Shown here: positions 32,763 through 37,707 of the stretch, in pieces
Layout: each line of letters starts with the position of its first letter
How positions within the stretch are numbered: the first letter of the stretch is position 1
IMG/VR virus record: IMGVR_UViG_3300045988_025481
Location: 1-37,707 of that record
Length of the DNA stretch: 37,707 nucleotides
Reading direction: 5' to 3' (one strand)
Source of the DNA: a virus
The notes under the pieces: generated by a model
The model's database searches: none
Told to the model about the DNA's origin: nothing
Seen by the model: the letters and a program-made list of their open reading frames with translations, nothing else
Made by a program: the position numbers and the translations under genes

Positions 32763-33058
32763 GTTACCTTAACACTAGATTTAACTTGTGTTTCCTTTGA
32801 TAATTGGTGCATAAGACCTAATTCATTCACTAACTTTGTATCAATAGTTGTTCTTGTGTATGGTTCTACATACGAAATTTTCACAACATCATTTTCAAAT
32901 GATTTGATACCGTTATTTTCCATAGCTTCTAAGATATTTTTCTTAATATCTTTTTCTAATTTGTCCATTTCCTTTTTGTATTCTTGAAATGATTTTAATT
33001 TACTTAATGCTTCCTGTTGAATTTCAATTTGTCCATTTGTTACGTTTACTAATTCCAT
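32753..33058 (-). CDS. hypothetical protein
   Basis: ORF 32753..33106. The best start is ATG 33058 after AAGGAGGAAAGAAAA. Confidence 0.5.
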   Translation of the reverse strand: MELVNVTNGQIEIQQEALSKLKSFQEYKKEMDKLEKDIKKNILEAMENNGIKSFENDVVKISYVEPYTRTTIDTKLVNELGLMHQLSKETQVKSSVKVTWK

Positions 33059-33071
33059 TTTTCTTTCCTCC

Positions 33072-33734
33072 TTATGCTTTCGCATTTTCTTTGTAAATAG
33101 CTCCATATGCTTTAATTAATGCCACTAGACCGTTTCCATTTAGATTAGGAATATCTTGTGAGCTGATTTTATATTCGGCTTTTAAATGCTCACAAAACGC
33201 TTCTGAATGCGTATCAATTCCTAGCTTCTGTAATTCATTTTGTGCTTTAAAACAACGCATACGAATTTCATCTAACTTGTCATTTTTTTCGGCTTTCTGT
33301 TGTTTTGTTTGTGCATTTTGAATTGCTTCATGTTGCTCGTCTGTATCTGCGTCTTTTGTATCATCTAAATTGAATAAACCATTTAACGCATATTTTCTAG
33401 CATATGAACTGCATGAACCTGTAACTTGTGAAGCGTCCATACCTTTTTTATTTTCTTCTTCTCTAGCCATTGCGGTAACCTCTACCGTTATATGAGAATC
33501 CCAATCCATTAATATTGCATTTGCTACAACGTAATATCTAGCTTCTGCAACTTTAATATCATCTGTAAGAATTAATGTTGTTCTATGCTTGCAACAAATC
33601 TTTTTAGCTTCTGCAAGAATATCTTCGGCAGAACGATAGTTATATTTCCCAAATTTGTTGTAATTGTTTTTTCCGACTTTCATTTCATTCTGAATTAATG
33701 AAAGTTTCTCATAAATGCTTTTCTTTTCTTCCAT
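33072..33734 (-). CDS. erf: ERF-family single-strand annealing recombinase
   Basis: 220-aa ORF. IYEKLSLIQNEMKVGKNNYNKFGKYNYRSAEDIL matches the ERF N-terminal signature. Confidence 0.8.
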   Translation of the reverse strand: MEEKKSIYEKLSLIQNEMKVGKNNYNKFGKYNYRSAEDILAEAKKICCKHRTTLILTDDIKVAEARYYVVANAILMDWDSHITVEVTAMAREEENKKGMDASQVTGSCSSYARKYALNGLFNLDDTKDADTDEQHEAIQNAQTKQQKAEKNDKLDEIRMRCFKAQNELQKLGIDTHSEAFCEHLKAEYKISSQDIPNLNGNGLVALIKAYGAIYKENAKA

Positions 33735-33832
33735 CTTCCGTTTCTCCTTTTAATCTGCTATAATGTATGTGTTCTTATTTTAAGAACGTCATTTCTTGTG
33801 TGTGCGTGCTTTGTCGAGTGCGCACCTCTTTT

Positions 33833-34063
33833 TTATAGAAATAACATTGCATACGACTTACTTAAACAAGCTATTGAAATTAACAGAATCACAATCGTTG
33901 TAATTAGAATTACATTTACGCAATTTGTGATTCTTTTTTGATACCTTTTTTCTCTGCGTATCTCTTTTTCTTCTTTCGATAGATATTTTCTTTTTGGATT
34001 GAATGGATAAATGCTCAACTCCATATCATCCTCCTGTATTGCATTCATTCTTATATCTTCCAT
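33833..34063 (-). CDS. small C-terminally TM-anchored protein
   Basis: 76-aa ORF with the TM segment VNVILITTIVILLISIACL. Confidence 0.45.
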   Translation of the reverse strand: MEDIRMNAIQEDDMELSIYPFNPKRKYLSKEEKEIRREKRYQKRITNCVNVILITTIVILLISIACLSKSYAMLFL

Positions 34064-34065
34064 TT

Positions 34066-34359
34066 TTATCTCCTAAAGCTTTTTTTGAACTCAGGAGCAC
34101 ACTTCAAGAATGTTTCTGTAGGAATCACCTTCTGATGAATATTTCTTTGTGTAAATGAATCTTCCCATTCAGTTCCTGTTTCTTTTTTGTAAGCTTCTTT
34201 TACTGCCTTCATAATACTGTAGCAGTAGTTTTTTTTCGTTTGTGGCTTGTATCTATCTAAGTCATAAAGAGCGATTATATCGTCTTTATTTAGAAGTGCT
34301 TTATACTCAATAATCACTTGCATACACCTCCATTCTAGATTCGCAAGTATTGATTTCAT
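34066..34359 (-). CDS. hypothetical protein
   Basis: 97-aa ORF. An alternative start is ATG 34323. Confidence 0.45.
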   Translation of the reverse strand: MKSILANLEWRCMQVIIEYKALLNKDDIIALYDLDRYKPQTKKNYCYSIMKAVKEAYKKETGTEWEDSFTQRNIHQKVIPTETFLKCAPEFKKSFRR

Positions 34360-34495
34360 TTACTTCTTGTAAATCTCTTACGTTTAATTGATTTGCGATT
34401 TCTTGCGCTTCAACTTCATCATGTGCTTCAACCTTGAACGTAACATTTGCAGTTACGTCGAAGGTTACGAAATACGTTCTAGTCATGCTCATCAC
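34307..34495 (-). CDS. hypothetical protein
   Basis: 62-aa ORF with a GTG/ATG start cluster. Confidence 0.45.
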   Translation of the reverse strand: MMSMTRTYFVTFDVTANVTFKVEAHDEVEAQEIANQLNVRDLQEVNEINTCESRMEVYASDY

Positions 34496-34644
34496 CTCTT
34501 TTCTTCTTTTTTGGATTCGTTAAGGATACAAGCGATATACCCTTTATCGAATTCAGATAGCTCATAGCCTTTCTTTTCAAGTAAGCCTAGAGCTTCAAAA
34601 ATTCTCTTGTCTAGTATTGTTTCACCTCCATGACCTGTCATCAT
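34492..34644 (-). CDS. 50-aa ORF (MMTGHGGETILDKRIFEALGLLEKKGYELSEFDKGYIACILNESKKEEKR)
   Basis: Hand-translated. It fills the 200-nt gap and its stop overlaps the next start. The only good SD (GGAGGTG) precedes an internal ATA at 34617. Confidence 0.35.
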   Translation of the reverse strand: MMTGHGGETILDKRIFEALGLLEKKGYELSEFDKGYIACILNESKKEEKR

Positions 34645-34693
34645 CAGTGCTAGTAGGTCAACTCTAGCAGACTAGCCTATTGGCTAGTTTCGA

Positions 34694-34912
34694 CTAATTG
34701 AATATTTCTAGTTTTTCTATATCTTCTTTTCTTACTGCGTGTGATGTTCTTCTGTCATCTTCTAAAAAGTTGTATTCATTTTGAACACCCCATGCGTATC
34801 CGTTACGCAATCTACTGATTTCTACAATATTTTTAAATCTTTCTACTCGCCCATCTTTTAAATAGACATATACAGTGTGCTTTTCACCTTTTGGTGTCTG
34901 ATAAATTAACAT
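34694..34912 (-). CDS. hypothetical protein
   Basis: 72-aa ORF with TAGGAGGAACAAGTA-ATG. Confidence 0.5.
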   Translation of the reverse strand: MLIYQTPKGEKHTVYVYLKDGRVERFKNIVEISRLRNGYAWGVQNEYNFLEDDRRTSHAVRKEDIEKLEIFN

Positions 34913-34927
34913 TACTTGTTCCTCCTA

Positions 34928-35209
34928 TTAATTCATTAATGGTTCTGCATTTTGATTGATTCGCTCAACTTGATTTAATTTAAATAAGTAAGCTTTTGCT
35001 AAGAAGAAATTGTTCTCAACTTTTTCTTCTCCGTTTTCATCTGTGAATTTCTTTGCTTTAGGTTTCCATAACTTTGTACAAGTTACTGCATGCTCACCTT
35101 TCTTAACTTTGAACCCCATTTCTTTCCATTTTTGGAATGTGTGGAGAGGTTCAAACTCTCCCATGCCTAGTACCTTTTTTTCATTTTGGATAATTTCTTC
35201 GTTTGTCAT
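34928..35209 (-). CDS. first early gene; ArdC-N-like ssDNA-binding domain, tentative
   Basis: 93-aa ORF. HTFQKWKEMGFKVKKGEHA resembles the ArdC_N motif. RBS is ACGGAGGACAAGAA-ATG. Confidence 0.4.
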   Translation of the reverse strand: MTNEEIIQNEKKVLGMGEFEPLHTFQKWKEMGFKVKKGEHAVTCTKLWKPKAKKFTDENGEEKVENNFFLAKAYLFKLNQVERINQNAEPLMN

Positions 35210-35225
35210 TTCTTGTCCTCCGTTT

Positions 35226-35262
35226 AGTACTCATTTGTACTTTACGAGTACATTATAGTACT
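35226..35262. promoter_or_regulatory. two 16-bp operators AGTAC-N6-GTACT (35226..35241 and 35247..35262)
   Basis: AGTACTCATTTGTACT and AGTACATTATAGTACT. The second overlaps the -10 of the early promoter. Confidence 0.6.
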
Positions 35263-35280
35263 TTTGAATGACATTGTAAA
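35252..35280 (-). promoter_or_regulatory. early lytic promoter TTTACA-N17-TATAAT
   Basis: On the minus strand, the -35 is at 35280..35275 and the -10 at 35257..35252. Confidence 0.65.
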
Positions 35281-35299
35281 GTATTTTTTGTCCTTTTAA

Positions 35300-35327
35300 T
35301 TTACAAGTTTATTCTTTGTGATATTAT
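35300..35327 (+). promoter_or_regulatory. repressor promoter TTTACA-N16-TATTAT with TG extension
   Basis: The -35 is at 35300..35305 and TGATATTAT at 35319..35327. The predicted transcription start lies just before the SD. Confidence 0.45.
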
Positions 35328-35349
35328 GAATATAGAGGAGGTAAAACAT

Positions 35350-35727
35350 TTGACTATAGGTGAAAGAATAAATGCTATTAGGTCTAACTTGAACCTAAGC
35401 ATGGAAAAGTTCGGAAAGAAAATTGGTATAACTCGAAGTAGTGTCAATTCACTCGAAAAAGGTGTAAACAATCCTAGTGACCAAACAATCAAATTAATTT
35501 GTAAAGAATATAATGTTGATTACTTTTGGTTAACTGAGGGTAAAGGCAATATGTTTCTAGAATTGCCGGATAACACTATTGATGAATTAATTGATGAATA
35601 CCAAATCAACCCAAATCAAAAGCCACTTATCAAGGCTTACTTAAAATCAAGTGAAGAAACAAAGGAAAGGTTATTGGATTTCATTTATGGAATCATTAAG
35701 GAATTAGACAATGCGGAACAAAACTAA
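35350..35727 (+). CDS. XRE/cI-type HTH repressor
   Basis: ORF 35326..35727. TTG 35350 lies 8 nt after GAGGAGG and gives MTIGERINAIRSNLNLSMEKFGKKIGITRSSVNSLEKG. There is no S24 peptidase domain. Confidence 0.8.
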   Translation: MTIGERINAIRSNLNLSMEKFGKKIGITRSSVNSLEKGVNNPSDQTIKLICKEYNVDYFWLTEGKGNMFLELPDNTIDELIDEYQINPNQKPLIKAYLKSSEETKERLLDFIYGIIKELDNAEQN

Positions 35728-36355
35728 AACACCACCTATTAAGAAAGGTGGAAGTAAGAAGAAAAAGATATTTTTATGGTGTGCAATTATTATTGTCGTT
35801 TTTTATGCAATTATTGCTATTGCTCCTAGTGAACCACAAAAGAAGTTAACATATACTGAAGAAATAGCAGAAAATTGGGAAGTACCGGAAAAAGAAGTAA
35901 AATCTATTGTATCTGTTGCTAAAGAACTAGGAATTAAAAAATCAAAACTTCATATCACTCATTTAGATGAGGATTCTTGCACAATTAAATATATAGACAC
36001 TGATATTACTTTTAATATTAAAGATGATACTGTAAGCACTGTTAAAAAGGATGAAACAGTATTCTATGAAAATGGTTCAGTTACTAGAATGCCTAGAACT
36101 GTTATTATGACACCAGCAGAAAAAGAAGCTTTATATGATTGGGTGAACATGGCAATAGCAGTTCATTCAGATTTCAATATATCTGAATTAGATAAAACAT
36201 CAAATTTTGATTGGATTAAACAAGATAATTCATATGCAGTAAAAGGATACGCATATGTAGATGATAAGAAACTTGGCTTTGTCATTACTTGTGATTGGAC
36301 AGGAAACACTGATGAAGCGCCAACATTTAAAGAAATTCAATGGTTTCCAAACTAA
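35711..36355 (+). CDS. membrane-anchored protein co-transcribed with the repressor (possible superinfection exclusion)
   Basis: 214-aa ORF with a basic N-terminus and one TM segment (IFLWCAIIIVVFYAIIAIA). Confidence 0.5.
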   Translation: MRNKTKTPPIKKGGSKKKKIFLWCAIIIVVFYAIIAIAPSEPQKKLTYTEEIAENWEVPEKEVKSIVSVAKELGIKKSKLHITHLDEDSCTIKYIDTDITFNIKDDTVSTVKKDETVFYENGSVTRMPRTVIMTPAEKEALYDWVNMAIAVHSDFNISELDKTSNFDWIKQDNSYAVKGYAYVDDKKLGFVITCDWTGNTDEAPTFKEIQWFPN

Positions 36356-36358
36356 AAA

Positions 36359-36381
36359 AGAGCGAAATTAATCGCTCTTTT
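36359..36381 (+). terminator. rho-independent terminator (bidirectional shape)
   Basis: AGAGCGA-AATTAA-TCGCTCT followed by TTT, with an A run upstream. Confidence 0.6.
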
Positions 36382-36496
36382 CATCTGTGGAATCTATCCA
36401 AATCCGTTGAGTATACTCATAAACTCTTGCCACTTCTTTTTCTTCTAACTCTTCTAGCATTCTATTAATTAATACATACATTTCATACTTCGTCAC
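36368..36496 (-). CDS. 42-aa acidic ORF downstream of int
   Basis: Hand-translated with a GTG start after AAAGGGGGAAG: (M)TKYEMYVLINRMLEELEEKEVARVYEYTQRIWIDSTDEKSD. Confidence 0.25.
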   Translation of the reverse strand: MTKYEMYVLINRMLEELEEKEVARVYEYTQRIWIDSTDEKSD

Positions 36497-36579
36497 GTGG
36501 CTTCCCCCTTTCTTTATAGTTTTTTAATACCTCTAAGGTTATAACGAATATAACTATATTTCAAGGGTAATTTTTAGTG

Positions 36580-37677
36580 CTAAAATTTGTCTTTCTCCAT
36601 AAATTGTACAATACCTTTATCGGCTTGAGGTAGCCAATGAGCGTATACTGAAAGCACTGTATCAAGGTTATCACCTAATCTTTTTGCAATGTCATATACT
36701 GAGAAATTCACTGTTCCATTTGTAACCATATTATTAATCATATAAGAAGCGCATGAGTGCCTTAAATCATGTATTCTAATATAAGGTATTTGCTCATTCC
36801 GTTGTAGCTTGATATTCGTTCTCTTAATCGTTTCGTTCATTTCTTTTCTAACTGAGCTTCGATAAAAAGGAACTGTCATACCGAATATATAGTCATTATC
36901 ATTTGCGTGCATATTATCTTTAAAAGCTTTATATTCATCAGATAGAAACTGTGGCATAGTAATTAATCTATAACTGTTGCTTGTCTTTGGTGTAGTCGCT
37001 TTTCTTAACGTGTCTGCCCATGTTTTTTGTATGTTGATGGTATTGTTTATTAAATCAATATCTTTCCATTGTAGAGCCAATGTTTCGCCTATTCTCATGC
37101 CCATGTAGAATTGATTCATAAATAATAAATGATATACAGGTTTATTTTCATTTGCTATAAACTTATTAAATTGCTCTACTGTCCAATACATCATGTCTTT
37201 CTTTTTTTTGTTTGGGTCTTTCTTCAAATCAATTTTATTGCATGGATTCACTTGAATATATCCTTGTCTTACTGCATAGTTAAGAACTGCTCTGAATTTC
37301 GTATAATAGTTAAGTACTGAATCAAATAACATTGATTTCATTAATCTATTAATAACCTTTTCTATATTGTTTGCAGTAAGCTTTTTAATTTCGCATTCTC
37401 CTAGCTCATCTTCCCATACTTTCAATATTGCTCTTTGTGTCAAGTAAGTACTTTCCTTAATTCTCTTTTCACTGTATACTTGATATTGATAAGATAGTTG
37501 ATTAAATGTGATGGTTGCGTTTGGTTCTTTTAGATTCTCTTTGAATAGAATCTCGGCTTTTATAGCGTCCTTCTTTTTTTCGAAGCCACGCTTCTTATAT
37601 TGCTTGGTTTTACCATTCAATTTATATGAACCATAATACATCCATTTTCCTGTTGCTTCATCTTTTTTGACTGCCAT
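36580..37677 (-). CDS. int: tyrosine recombinase / phage integrase
   Basis: ORF 36580..37707. The best start is ATG 37677 after AAAGAGGTG. MAVKKDEATGKWMYYGSYK is an arm-binding N-terminus. Catalytic motifs are GMRIGETLAL, HDLRHS and VLSVYAHW. Confidence 0.9.
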   Translation of the reverse strand: MAVKKDEATGKWMYYGSYKLNGKTKQYKKRGFEKKKDAIKAEILFKENLKEPNATITFNQLSYQYQVYSEKRIKESTYLTQRAILKVWEDELGECEIKKLTANNIEKVINRLMKSMLFDSVLNYYTKFRAVLNYAVRQGYIQVNPCNKIDLKKDPNKKKKDMMYWTVEQFNKFIANENKPVYHLLFMNQFYMGMRIGETLALQWKDIDLINNTINIQKTWADTLRKATTPKTSNSYRLITMPQFLSDEYKAFKDNMHANDNDYIFGMTVPFYRSSVRKEMNETIKRTNIKLQRNEQIPYIRIHDLRHSCASYMINNMVTNGTVNFSVYDIAKRLGDNLDTVLSVYAHWLPQADKGIVQFMEKDKF

Positions 37678-37707
37678 TTCTTGCACCTCTTTTTTATCAT
37701 CATACAC

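Noticed and set aside
34615-34617. An ATA start in the early region, with GGAGGTG 5 nt upstream of ATA inside the 50-aa ORF.
   Set aside because: An in-frame ATG-ATG lies nine codons upstream, so a canonical start is available. I did not count it among the ATA-start genes.
35301-35492. Minus-strand 63-aa ORF overlapping the repressor gene and its promoter.
   Set aside because: It is antisense to a convincing XRE repressor, has no RBS and is hydrophobic low-complexity sequence.
1340-37320. Plus-strand ORFs of 60-173 aa nested antisense within minus-strand genes, for example 1340..1555, 8018..8419, 15739..16260, 25250..25555, 30753..31238 and 35010..35258.
   Set aside because: They lie fully inside well-supported minus-strand genes and lack SD sequences. 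They translate to low-complexity Ser/Phe/Leu-rich strings typical of antisense frames in AT-rich DNA.
1-37707. Mollicute-type genetic code (TGA read as Trp), which would fit with alternative start codons.
   Set aside because: TGA cleanly terminates many genes at coupled ATGA/GTGA junctions, including TerS and several head-tail genes. Trp is encoded by TGG throughout, and no ORF needs TGA read-through.

Overview
This window looks like a nearly complete AT-rich temperate siphovirus or prophage of a low-GC Gram-positive host. Almost every gene is on the minus strand. In transcription order (right to left):
- Tyrosine integrase (36580..37677).
- A plus-strand lysogeny unit: XRE repressor and a membrane protein, with AGTAC-N6-GTACT operators.
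- An early operon: ERF recombinase, RusA, a replication organizer with internal iterons, a dimeric dUTPase-like protein, SSB, and a RinA/ArpU-like late activator.
- A terminator-flanked tRNA-like gene.
- A late operon: ParB-like, glycosyltransferase and radical SAM genes, then TerS, TerL and portal, a displaced fibre/XkdX module, the head genes, the tail genes and the holin.
- An unexplained six-gene cassette, a CHAP/amidase endolysin, and a small post-lysis operon.

Main finding: at least 11 late structural and lysis genes have no usable ATG/GTG/TTG start. They include TerS, portal, major capsid, major tail, tape measure, Dit and endolysin. Each opens at an ATA codon 6-10 nt downstream of a GGAGG-type Shine-Dalgarno site, and each has A at -1. 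At the early/late boundary the phage carries a 76-nt tRNA with initiator tRNAfMet hallmarks: unpaired 1:72, A11:U24, G2:C71/C3:G70 and a 3' GCAACCA. Its anticodon is UAU and position 37 is U. I propose a phage-encoded alternative initiator tRNA that licenses AUA start codons on late genes. This is an inference from sequence only.

All coordinates and translations were derived by hand. No database search, fold computation or statistics was run.
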